From Octopus vulgaris (taxonomy: Eukaryota): DNA of 64,000 nucleotides. Below the pieces are notes generated by a model that did not search any database, was not told the origin of the DNA, and worked only from the letters and a program-made list of their open reading frames with translations. A program made the translations under genes and the position numbers. Location: positions 119,908,001 to 119,972,000 of the forward strand of contig OX597814.1 in assembly GCA_951406725.2 (NCBI GenBank), given 5' to 3'. Position 1 is the stretch's first letter, and each line of letters opens with the position of its first letter. Of the stretch, positions 16,381-28,107 are shown piece after piece.

Positions 16381-16797
16381 GCGGCGAGCTGGCAGAAACG
16401 TTTGGACGCCGAACGAAATGCTTACCGATATTTCGTCTGCCGTTACGTTCTAAGTTCAAATTCCGCCAAGGTCAACTTTGCAATTTATCCTTTTGGGGTC
16501 GATAAATTACGTACCAGTTACGCACTGGGGTCGATGTAATCGACTTAATCCGTTTGCCTTTCCTTGTTTGTCCCCTCTGTGTTTAGCCCCTTGTGGGTAG
16601 TAAAGAAATAGGTATTTCGTCTGCCGTTACGTTCTCGGTTCAAATTCCGCCGAGGTTGACTTCGCCTTTCATCCTTTCGGGGTCGATAAATTAAGTACCA
16701 GTTACTCACTGGGGTCGATATAATCGACTTAATCCCTGTGTTAGTCCTTGTTTGTCCCCGCTGTGTTTAGTCCCTTGAGGACAATAAAGAAATAAGT
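16381..16797 (+). mobile_element. tRNA-derived SINE family B (Nin/Deu-like core), head plus tandem duplicated body
   Basis: gcggcgagctggcagaaacg head, box-B-like gttcaaattcc, core cctttcggggtcgataaattaagtacc; ~185-bp body repeated at 16428-16610 and 16613-16797. Confidence 0.85.
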
Positions 16798-17710
16798 AAT
16801 TTACTATACAATAAGATTGTGAGCGAAAACAGTCAGTTACGAAGAGACTTTCCTAAACACGAGGTTATGTTTCTGCTACACATGTGGTCAACCTCGAAAC
16901 ACGATCCTGCCATTTATCGCGCTCTAGTATCCTCTTTAACAGTAAGAGAAAAAATATATTTAAGCGATATAAATCTATATCTTTTTCTCGAAATGTGTGT
17001 GTGTTTGTGTGCGTGTGTGTGTGTGCGTGTGTGCGTATTCGTGTATGTGTTTGTGCGTAAGTGTGTTCAAATATACAGGGACTAAAACAAACCTAGATGC
17101 ATAGACTTACATACATTTACATAAATGTGTGCTTATGTCTCCTTCAATAGTATTTGAAGATGTATATTTGCTTTTCTAAGATGCACGATAATTTACAGGA
17201 GCAAAAGATTGTGTCATGATAAATTATAAATGATTGTTGCAACTTGTCATCATGTGAAACTCTTCTGAATATTTTTTGTGTAATTTTTATGTGGTTTAGA
17301 TTACACATAATGATTTGTGGATCATGTAACTCAATTGATAATAGCTTTTCTTAGCGTACAGAAAATCTACTCCGACAATGTGTATTTATGATGTCAACTT
17401 CGGCACACTAAGATGCTAACTTTCTTTTACGGCTGTTTATACGCTGTCGTTTCATCATTTATCATCCATTTATAACTAATGCCTTTTAACCTCGATAATC
17501 TAAGACATCGGACACTATGATTGCTCAGAAACGATAGACACGACCGTTATCATTGATATGAAATAGTTCAAATCGTAAATTATCATGATACTATAAACGC
17601 CCGATTCCTACTAAACCCATTCCCATTTCTTATATTTATAGCCTAAATATTCTATATCATTTGAGTCCTTCAGAAAATTGTCATTTACATTGCCTCCTTT
17701 CTGTGAAATG

Positions 17711-17776
<66 letters not shown>

Positions 17777-17856
17777 ATATATATATATAGGGTCATCATA
17801 TAAATAATGTTTTTTAAAAATATTTCTCTTATTTTTCCCAAATTAAGATAAACAAA

Positions 17857-18019
17857 GGCGCGGGAGTGGCTATGTGGTAAGTAGCTTGCTTACCAACCAC
17901 ATGGTTCTGGGGTCAGTTCCACTGCGTGGCACCTTGAGCAAGTGTCTTCTACTTTAGCCTCGGGCCGACCAAAGCCTTGTGAGTTGATTTGGTAGACGGA
18001 AACTGAAAGAAGACCGTCG

Positions 18020-18083
<64 letters not shown>

Positions 18084-18292
18084 TGTGTCTGTGTTTGTCC
18101 CCCCACCACATTGCTTGACTGACGATGCTGGTGTGTTTACGTCCCCGTAACTTAGCGGTTCGGCAAAAGAGACCGATAGAATAAGTACTAGGCTTACAAA
18201 GAATAAGTCCTGGGGTCTATCTGCTCGACTAAAGTCAGTGATCCAGCATGGCCACAGTCAAATGACTGAAACAAGTAAAAGAGTTAAGAGTA
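17857..18292 (+). mobile_element. Full-length SINE family A
   Basis: tRNA-like head ggcgcgggagtggctatgtggtaag (box A) with a box-B-like segment, internal (TA)n(TG)n and tail gactgaaacaagtaaaagag. Confidence 0.9.
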
Positions 18293-18329
18293 AGATTAAA
18301 GTATTTAAATCTAGAATATACTCTCTTTA

Positions 18330-18860
18330 CTTTTCTACAATGATCCTCCATCTATTTGGTAGACTTGCAAAGCTCCTCTTCTAAAATTCAATTGCAGCAA
18401 TATCCAGCGAACTTCGTGGGTGGGGCATCGTTTCCCATTCAAACTGCTCCAGCCTTTCGAATGCCAACCCCGCTGTATGTGGCCGAACATCCTGATGGAA
18501 TAAAACCTTTCGTCTTAAAAACAATGATGGTCGTTTTTCTTCTAGCGCTGACTTAAGCCGCTCAGAGTAGATATCCTTTGTTATCGTTTGGTTTGGGGTT
18601 CAATTTCAAAGTGGACGAAACCTTTCAAAGACCACCAAAGAGATAGGGATTCTCTACATGGATGAAAACCTTCTTTAACCTGGAGTGCCGCTGTTTCTCC
18701 GTTCCTACCACTGCCTTAGGCGCTTGACAGTTTTATTGAAAACCAATTTCTCGTCACCAGTATTAGTCGGCGCAAAAAAGGTTCATTCGCGAGTCGTGGC
18801 AACAAAGAAGAGTACACTTCACTCTCTGCGCGCGATTAGACTCGGAACTTTTGTGAGGAA
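18330..18860 (-). mobile_element. Degenerate mariner transposase fragment
   Basis: Minus strand reads FHQD(V)RPHTA...LEQFEWETMPHP..LDIA, matching mariner HDNARPH...HPPYSPDLAP. Confidence 0.7.
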
Positions 18861-18903
18861 TCCATTGAACCAATTTGCTGTCTCTTTCGATGAAACGAAA
18901 TGA

Positions 18904-18936
<33 letters not shown>

Positions 18937-19241
18937 AGTCATTTCAGTGAAATGAGAGTATATATATATATATATATATATAAATATATATATATAAATG
19001 TCCTGCAAACATGCTGAATTAAACAACACAACACATGCTCTTAATCCCTTTGGATCTTAACACCTCAAGGTAATTTTTTCGTGAACAATCATAAAACTCA
19101 AGATACACAACGAACTCACAATGTATCGGAGTACTTATTTTTTAATTTTTGTACATTTTTATCATTATTCTTTTACAAAAAACAATGCAATTTTCTTTTT
19201 TTCTCCTTTCTAATTTTTAAAAAAACTTTTTAAAACATAAA

Positions 19242-19282
19242 TATTCTTGACAAGTCATACAATGACGAAAACCGGTTGAATA
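19242..19282 (+). ncRNA. Minimal type I hammerhead motif with mutated core, in PLE-like terminus (~19000-19420)
   Basis: tattc-TTGACAA-gtcat aca atgac-GAAA-accggt-t-gaata. Perfect 5-bp stems I and II, palindromic ACCGGT; core differs from CTGACGA by two transitions. Confidence 0.7.
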
Positions 19283-19419
19283 AATATATATTTATATATT
19301 TTATCAATTTCTCATTTTATTAAAATTTTCTTTCATTTGAGCATTCTGCATTTATAAAAAAATTTTTCCTTACTTATCATTTCTCCACGTGCGGTCAACA
19401 CAACCCCACCATTTATTGA

Positions 19420-19467
<48 letters not shown>

Positions 19468-19472
19468 TATAT

Positions 19473-19920
19473 AGGGTAGCGAATACACGTTATAAATATC
19501 AACACCAGTGGCCTAGCATGTATAAAAAGTCAATAGACAACATATTCGTATTTCAAAATAGAAAATTACCCTTTAACAGGTAATTTTTACATGCTAGAAA
19601 TAGCAGCAAATACGGCTGAAAACCACAATTTTATAGCAAATTTCGAAGTACATGAAAAATAAAAACCTTTACCTTGCTATATAACGGTTATACCAATGGT
19701 TTCAAATTTCTTTACCAAATAATATTGCTTGCCATCTGTTAATAGATAATTTAGCAAGACCACATTATCTACCAGGCGAATTCTCGTCAGTAACCGGCCA
19801 AAACAAAGGTTTTATTTTTCCTGTACTTCGCTATAAAATTGTGGTTTTTGGCCGTGTTGGCTGCTATTTCTAGCATGTAAAAATTACCTGTTAAAGGGTA
19901 ATTTTCTATTTTGAAATACG
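19473..19920 (-). mobile_element. Fold-back non-autonomous PLE/retrozyme-like element between (TA)n tracts
   Basis: ~115-125-bp inverted arms at 19547-19671 and 19806-19920, a ~75-nt unpaired tail on the left, and a spacer occupied by an HHR. Confidence 0.8.
19685..19796 (-). ncRNA. Type I hammerhead ribozyme, near-intact
   Basis: Minus strand: cggtta-CTGACGA-gaatt...aattt-GAAA-ccattgg-TA-taaccg. 6-bp stem I, GUA site, G-U closing stem II, internal hairpin tagataat/attatcta. Confidence 0.85.
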
Positions 19921-19942
19921 TATATATATATATATATATATA

Positions 19943-19987
<45 letters not shown>

Positions 19988-20904
19988 GTGTGTGTGTGTG
20001 TGTGTAATTTCAGTAAATTAAATGGTCACATATCAAAACAAAACGTTGTAGGTAAAACGAAACCAAACATGTTTTTCTGAAATTGCTATAAATGTTTAGT
20101 GGAAAATAGAAGCCGCTGCCATTCCACAGTATAAGGGGTTGGGTTTTCATAAAGGTTTCAATTGTGCCGTGAATAGATTAAAGATTGAAAACTCCCAATA
20201 TAAAGAAATAAATGAGATTCGAATCTTTGTGTGTGTATGCATGTATACATTCATACACACATACATATTTGCATAGATGTGTGCGTATGTGTTTGTGCAT
20301 ATGTGTGAGTGTTTATATGTAAGTATTTACATTAGTTCAAATATGTTTTGGTCATATTTGACCTGAATAAAGGCCGTATTCTGTGCTCTTTGCCGTAGAG
20401 AACAATTCTCACTTTAGGGGATAGACAAACAGTGTTAAACACAAACAGTCACTTCAGGGTCACGGAGCGCTGAATGCATTATATTAATGTCATATTATTT
20501 CAATTCATAAATTTGAACAAGTTGAAACTATGGTGGGCGGAAAGTGCGCCAAGAGAAAATTCTTTCATAGAATTACTAAAACAAATGCTACTGGCTATTT
20601 TCAATAATGGACGCGTGTACGTATTGAAGGGGGCGTAAATACGCGTAATGGAGGAGGTGAGAGGAAATATTAATTTGTGAGTACTCGTTTCATATAAACT
20701 TATATATATATATATATATATATATTCATATACACAAAACAATACATGCTACAATGCACTAGCTCACAAATATATTAGATAGATGCATAATTATATAAAC
20801 ATACATAGTTGTATATGTTTTGAGTAAGTGTATTAGTATGTTAAAATACATATTCATAAGATCAAACACACCTATACAAACACACAAATATAATTAATTC
20901 AATT

Positions 20905-22285
20905 ATAAGGCGTTATCAAAAGGTTCCCGGATTAGCTATGTAGCACGCCAACAGATGGCGGCACACGGTTACATGAGTAAAGACAGACAGTAGTGACTTC
21001 CTTACGGCAGTGTGCCAAGCAACGTTGCTGTGTTTACTTCGCCAGTGGTGAAATTTGTGTTTTGGTGATCATGTGTATGCCGTAGTCTACGATTTTGACA
21101 TAGACAGAAAGTTGGAACAAAGAGCCAATGTGAAATTTTGTGATAAACTTGGCACGTCTGCTATAGAGACATTGAACATGCTTCAGCAAGATTAGGGCAA
21201 CGAGACAATTTGTCATAAGCTATGTTTAAACTGGTACGGGCACTTCAAAAGCAAAAGAGTGTCCCTGGAAGACGATGTGTGATGTGGAAGGACTATCACA
21301 AACGTCACCCCGGGAAATGTGAAGAAAGTTCACCAGATTTTGAATGAGGATTGTCGGAGAACAATCAACGATATTGCAGATGTTGTAGGTTTGTGGTATG
21401 GGTCCATGCAGGCAATCCTAACGTTATAATTGAATATGCAGCATATCTCTGCCAAGTCTCCCCACGCCTGCTGACAAGTGAGCAGGAAGAACATCGTGTC
21501 GAAGCCTGTCAAGATCTCCGTCAATGTGCCGGTGATGACATAGACAGAAAGTTGGAACAAAGAGCCAATGTGAAATTTTGTGATAAACTTGGCACGTCTG
21601 CTACAGAGACATTGAACATGCTTCAGCAAGATTAGGGCATCACTGATGAGGGGAGCTGCATCAAGAGGTACGATCCTGAGACAAAGAAACAGTTGTCACA
21701 ATGGAAGAGCCTTTCATCTCCAGCACCGAGGCAGTCACGATAGAGCTGCAGATCAATCAAGAGCATGCTCAACGTCTTTTCAGCATCCGCGGTATTGTGC
21801 ATTGAGAATTTGTCCCTCAGGGCGAAAACGTCAGGCGAGTTCTAGTGCGATGTTTTGAAACGTTTGAGAGAGGACATTCGGCGAAAGCCACCGGATCTGT
21901 GGAGCGCGGAAGAATTGGATTTTTCACAACGAAAATGCACGCTGTCACCGAGGTCTCCTCACCCGTGAGTTTCTCGCCAAGAACAGCATTGTATCGCTTC
22001 CGCATCCACCCTATTTCACAGATTTAGCTCATGCAGATTTCCATCTGTTCGGCAAGATGAAAAGGCAGCTCAAACGACGCCGTTTTAACACTGTTGTCGA
22101 GATCAAGAACGGATTGGTGAAGGTCCTCGCCTTACCTACGAAAAACAGCTTTCAGGCCGGATTAAAAAAATGGTAGCAATGCTGGGACCGGTGTATTGGT
22201 GCGCAAGGTAACTATTTCGAATGGGATTATATTAAAACGTAGGTAAATAACATTTTTTTCCTTAAATATAACTAAACCTGGAACA
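20905..22285 (+). mobile_element. Mariner element with decayed transposase
   Basis: RKLEQRANVKFCDKLGTSA, PRLLTSEQEEHRVEAC, HPPYFTDLAHADFHLF; degenerate ends. Confidence 0.85.
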
Positions 22286-22454
22286 GACTTTTTTACGTGT
22301 GTGTCTATGTAAGTGTATAAGCTTTTATAGTGTATATGTTGTTTTTTTTTGGTGAAGGGGTAGCCATTTGCAGATAGAGTATTCTAGTCATTTTTTTAGA
22401 TACATGACTGAAGTATGCCTTCGTTAACATTGTTGCTTCTCATTTGTAGTTAAA

Positions 22455-23060
22455 TTTAGAGTTTAAATTCATTTTGGTGCCTGAAGCTTGATATACGTTT
22501 AATTTTATATGAAGACGTTAACTTTGAATTGCCTGATCACGAAAACATTTGGAAACCATATGTATGTGATACTGCACCGTTTTTAGCTTGAATCCGTATT
22601 CTTTTCATTTGAAGTCCATATATATTTGGAAAGGGACGTTGAGTGTCATTTCTTTACCTCACGAAAGTAGGCATGGGTTATGTGCACCTGATTTGTATGT
22701 TTTTGCTACGAACACCACTTACATTTTGTCGGTTTACTTTTCTTCTGATAGTGTTGCATTGTAGACTATTTCAATTTTAAAGTAGTATCCATGTAACTAG
22801 TAAGACTTCATTCTTCTGTAATTATGACTTTGCTGTTGTATCTTACATGACTCTTGGTATGTGAAATTGTAATGTTTTTTTTTTAATCCTTTCTTTTAAA
22901 TTGTACTGCTTCAGGCAACACCTATATAATTCCTGCAGAATAATTTGAGATTGGTATATTACAGTTAGATAGAGTTTATTGATCAGAACGAGGAATATGT
23001 TCGCTACGGTAATATTTTCAAAAATGGAAGAACCTTCAAAAACGAAGTATCACCCATGTG
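22455..23060 (-). pseudogene. Ancient PLE ORF C-terminal relic (GIY-YIG region)
   Basis: Minus-strand pieces in order: VANIFLVLINK, IVYNATL, TSLSKYIW, ISSFRHQNEFKL*. These resemble the PLE endonuclease region ending CRHxNKF. Confidence 0.55.
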
Positions 23061-23940
23061 ATCATAGACATTCATTTATATATATAAATGGATTGTCTGG
23101 TATTGTCCTTTCTCACAAGAGTGCTCTTGCTCAAAAACTCCTTAAATTACTTCGTAATTTATAAAAGTATTTTTCTTTTTTTTTATCTTAAGCCTTGCAT
23201 ACCTTCATAGTAGAAATGTATTTAAGCATTTTAAAGAAAAAGCCAGAATAGTTGAATCAAAAATTTTATTTGTCAATGAGCAGAAAATTCACGTTACAAT
23301 TAGTCTCTACAAGAATTATTTAAGAGTCATCAATGAATTTGTATCTTACATTTATCTACAGTAACTTAAAGATAGTCTATAACTTACTCAGAGTTAGGCG
23401 GGCTCATCCTGCTTCTCTAATACTCTTAACGCTGCATGCAATGGAAGACGGACGTCTTTAACAGTGAACAACACCGAATTTGTACGAGGGTTTGGAATTT
23501 TAGAATGATTATGTTCACACATACACACACAATCTTATTATTTCACTATATCTATCTCCCTCTTTATTTCTCTTTCACTCTATCTACCTCCCCCCTCTCT
23601 CTCTTTGTCTCCCTCTCTCACTCTCTATCACGCACACATTTTGACTTGTGAAACATGAGTTTTGTTTGTCGCTAGCAAAGAAAGGAGATAACTTTCATTC
23701 GTTTCTGCACATCTATGAAAGTTTTCACAGAAACATTAACCATATTTTTTCCGTGAGAAATATTATTAATGAAAATTTTCTGTAGTAGGCAAAATACTGC
23801 ATATTGAAACTGGTTTAAATGTTATAGCACAATCACATTAACAAACTAATATCTAAACCACATATTCATAACATATTCTGTTTTGTAAATTAGACAAACC
23901 AATTCTCTTCGTATATATATATTCTATATATTGCTATAGT

Positions 23941-24220
23941 GAAGGCGTGAGGCCAAGTGGTTAGACCGTTGCACTTACAGTCGCTAGATCGTCGGTTCGA
24001 TTTCTTGAATGGGCGGTGCGTTGCGTTCTTCAGCAAAGCACTTCATTTCACATTGCTCCAGGCCCTCTGCCGATCGGGGGTAGAGGTGGAATGTTGGCCT
24101 ACTCAGCTAGCCACAGGGGTAGCGTCGTTTGAAGGCTAAACCAATGCAAAAAAGCATATTGTGACAAGATATGTGCAACAACGTCAGATAGCCTGGTCGG
24201 TCACGTGATCACTTGTGATA
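23941..24220 (+). mobile_element. tRNA-derived SINE family C-related copy
   Basis: Head ggcgtgaggccaagtggttag..ggttcgatt; tail atagcctggtcggtcacgtgat shared with 39258-39551. Confidence 0.8.
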
Positions 24221-25207
24221 TATTGAAATAAGCAGATAACATTCCGTGAACCCAAAACGTTTCATTTTTCTGAAATGAGATTCTAACAGATTCAGCAACA
24301 AACACTATCGACCTCTTTACTTCTGCCTATGGAAGGATGAAAGCAGTGCTACAATAACTTCGCTATATTTTACTGTGATGCTAAATTGCATGATTATTTA
24401 GAATCTGTTTTTAAATTAGATGCGCGAATTTCTGTTGGGACACACTACACATTTTGAAGCTCAGAATTCATTGATTGTAATACTTCAAATTTTTAAATGC
24501 TATCACCTCAAATATAATTTTACCTAATGCTTGTCAGATTTTATTGCAGTTTATTGAGTTTGGTAGTGTTTACGTTTATTTTGAAATATAAAAATCCATT
24601 TAAATATAAATGAAGCTTATTCAAAGAATCTGACTTCGAAATCTGCAATATGATGATAATCAGAAGAGAGAGAGCTTTATGTTCTTCCCAATTCCTAAGA
24701 GTGTAACTCAAGCAACATATATCTCTGATTGCATTATTGAACAGAATTTCATTAGATAATATAAACTTACAGGCGATTCAGTTGAATGGGAAAGCCATAA
24801 AAGACATGCGAATGGAACCAAACAAGCTGAATAATAGAATCGATGCTCGCAGCAGAGTTAGAATTGGATACAAATAGAAAGAATTATTGGCATGTATCAA
24901 ATCAAGAGCGAAACTGATAAAATTGAGAATTTCGTGGAAATATTGGCGAAACAGAATACGATGCAAACGTCGATTAGTAATAAAGGAAGAATATGGAGAA
25001 CGAAAGTTACTGTCATGTATTTGAATTAATGAATGTAAAGATGGTTTAAAAGCAAGCCGGCGGATGTTATCAGAACAATAGTTCAAAGATAACACAGATA
25101 CATAATACATTGGCTGATCGCGGGCGAAACAACGCATTCATGATTTGTAATTTGATCTAACCGTTTAGCAGAGTGAGTTTAGATATTACATTACGGGGGA
25201 GGTTGCA

Positions 25208-25273
<66 letters not shown>

Positions 25274-26677
25274 TAAGGGATGTTGGCTATCATGCTTTTT
25301 CTACATATAGTATACATGTTACATGAACACTGAAGCCTATATGTAAAACAGGATTTCTAATATACGTCCGTTATTTGAAATGTAGATGGGAAACGAAATT
25401 AAGTGTAATTCACTTTATTTTCTTTGAAAGTACATTAACATTTAAAAAGGTTTTAATAACCTAATGTAATTTATCGCTTGGTAAATACGTTCGCATTAAA
25501 ATGGACTATGAGAGTGTTTCTAGGAAAATATTCAGCACATTAAGTTTCTACAGAACATACAGTTTAGTAGTCGGTAATAGAAACGCGCAGTTGCTCTTTT
25601 ATAAGAGACAAAATTAATAACAATGAATAAAACACACGCACAATTCTCCATAAATGTGCTGAGAATTATTGTAGTTTAGACCTACACCACTACACGATAA
25701 TTAATTTATGGACTTCGGTAGATAAAATCAGTCGACCTCGACTTAAAAGCGTAAGAGTACAGTTTAACCTTTTTTTTTTCCCAGCATTTGTCCATAGAGC
25801 TACAAATATTGGCTATGATATTAGGTCAAAGTCTCAGTTTCACGTTATATTACAATCGTTTACATCAACCTATTAAAAAATGGTGGTGCGATTCGTTACC
25901 TTTGGAAGGACAAACAGGACAAAATTGACAGCAGAATAATTTCAACACCCTGACATAAATCTAGAAAGCTACAGGTCCGAATATTCGGCATTTTTCAATT
26001 ACCAACAATATATGATACACTCAGTAAGCAATGTAGGGCAAAAATCTTACGGTAGTATCCACTTGCTTATGTATTCACATTAAGGGTCCAGTGATAATAG
26101 CGTACATTACTATCATATCTATTTTAACATTAATGTAGTTTACGAACATTTATAACGAATTAAGATTTTCCCTTGATATAATAAATTAGTGTCAGGAAAT
26201 CAACAGAAATTTCAAGAAAAAAATGAATTGTTATTATTCAAAATTTTCACCTGAGCTGGTTTCGATACGTTGAAGCATATATCGTGCTTTTCTCTCATTC
26301 GTACTTTCCTGCATGTATCCCATTCCTTCCTTTTTTCTCTTTCTTCTCCCTCACTCACCCACAACCTATATCTGTCTGTCATAGTGTCTTTTTTGCTCAC
26401 CCTCTATAACACCGAGAACATTTTTATACAAGCTAATCACTTAATCTACTCCTTCAACATGAACGCAATAGTCAAAATAATACCTAGATTTATCTGGGAT
26501 TATACTTAAGAACCAATATCTTCAGGGAGGTACGGACCAGTTTGCGTGATCTCTAGAAGAAGATGAGCCGTGAACTTTATTCCCCTGTCTGTATTCTATG
26601 TACTGTTGTACTATATTCTTCTATCTAATACTTTATTCCTATATTCCATGCCTAGAATATTCATACATACTCATATT

Positions 26678-26746
26678 TTCCATGATGAGGGAATGTATGG
26701 AGATACAAAACTATAAATTTGGATATCCCACAAACAGCTGTAAGAC
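26678..26746 (+). ncRNA. Degenerate hammerhead motif in PLE-like terminus (~26280-26810)
   Basis: ATGATGA-ggga...tccc-a-CAAA-cagctg-TA-agac, palindromic ACAGCTGT; G12 is mutated. Confidence 0.55.
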
Positions 26747-26809
26747 ATCAAATATCTCTGGAAAACTATCTGAACCAGTTTTGCTAGTTCCTCTTTACAT
26801 TTTTTAGGA

Positions 26810-27703
26810 GTAATCCTGGGAATCCAGCAGAGCCTGAGGCTGAGTTTGAACTAATTTCATCACTGGTTGATATCACATCAGTTTTCCCTATTTCGATGCT
26901 ATCAATACTTACCATTTCATTGTGTAGAGCCTAGCTACTTGCAAATGTCTCAGTGGAGTGGTGAAAACACTCTTGTATTGCACATTCAGTATCTCACTGA
27001 TCCTTTGGAGGTCTGTAGTCGTTTAGCCATTTTTCTTTCCAATATTGACCCCATTTTTACCATACTGAATCAGATTCTTTTACATATGTATAAAAGGCCT
27101 TAGGATTTGTCTTGATATTTTTGACAGCCCTGACCTCCTTTTCTACCCTCTCCTTTTCATGTAAGTGTTTGAGTTCATTTTCAATCTCGAGTAATATTTG
27201 TTTGAGATAGAATCGTTTGTTATCCTTTAGTGGCCCATTTAGCCGATCTCAGATTTTTACTCGTCGTCACATTGGCATCATCCTATTCCTGGGCATTGCA
27301 TCTTTCTGCTGGTTTGGCATTCTCTCTGGAGTAAACTTAGTGAAGATATCATGCATGATCGTCATGAAGTACTGTAGCCTTTTGTCAATATAGAATGAGA
27401 CTGGCAGTCCAGTTATATTCTGTGACCTCTTTCTTGATACGCTTCCAGTCCGCTTTGTGAAAGTTCAGGATGGTGTGGGGTTATGTACTTCTAGTAACAT
27501 GCATGTCTGTAGTCTTCTGTGGACCATACAATATTAGTTTTATTAAGTTATGGTCCGAGAAGAACGTTGGTGTTACTTTAACATTATGGATGGGCGCCGT
27601 GTTGTTTGTGAAGCAAAGGTCCAGGACATTTCTTCTTCCCTTGTTGCATCAAACATCATTTGCTCCATAAAAAGCATGTTAGTGAGGTCAAGCAGAGATT
27701 CTG
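26810..27703 (-). mobile_element. CR1-group LINE fragment (endonuclease/linker)
   Basis: Minus strand: LLDLTNMLFMEQ, NVLDLCFTNN; similar to 3600-4400 and 50550-51060. Confidence 0.75.
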
Positions 27704-27705
27704 AG

Positions 27706-28107
27706 TTACTCTTTTACGCTCTTTTACTTGTTTCATTCATTTGACCGTGGTCATTTTAGAGCACCGCCTTTAGTCGAGGAAATCGACCCCAGGACTTATT
27801 CTTTGTAAGCCTAGTACTTATTCTATCGGTCACTTTTGCCGAACTGATAAGTTACGGTGACCCAAACACACCAGCATCGGCTGTCAAGCGATGTTGGTGG
27901 AACAAACACAGACACACAATCATATACACGCACATACATATATACGACGGGCTTCTTTCAGTTTCCCTCTGCCAAATCCACTCACAAGGCTTTGGTCGAC
28001 ACGAGGCTAATGTAGAAGACACTAGCCCAAGGTGCCAGACAGTGGGACTGAACCAGAGACCATGTGGTTCGTAAGCAAACTACTTACAACACAGCCACTC
28101 CTGCATC
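27706..28107 (-). mobile_element. SINE family A
   Basis: Reverse complement of 17857-18292. Confidence 0.9.

Noticed and set aside
17857-17925. tRNA genes (also 16381, 23941 and 39258)
   Set aside because: These are SINE heads with box A/B only; no full cloverleaf, and they continue into SINE bodies.
21643-21700. CTGATGA hammerhead-like core
   Set aside because: It is part of the mariner ITGDE coding region, with no stems or properly placed GAAA/UH.
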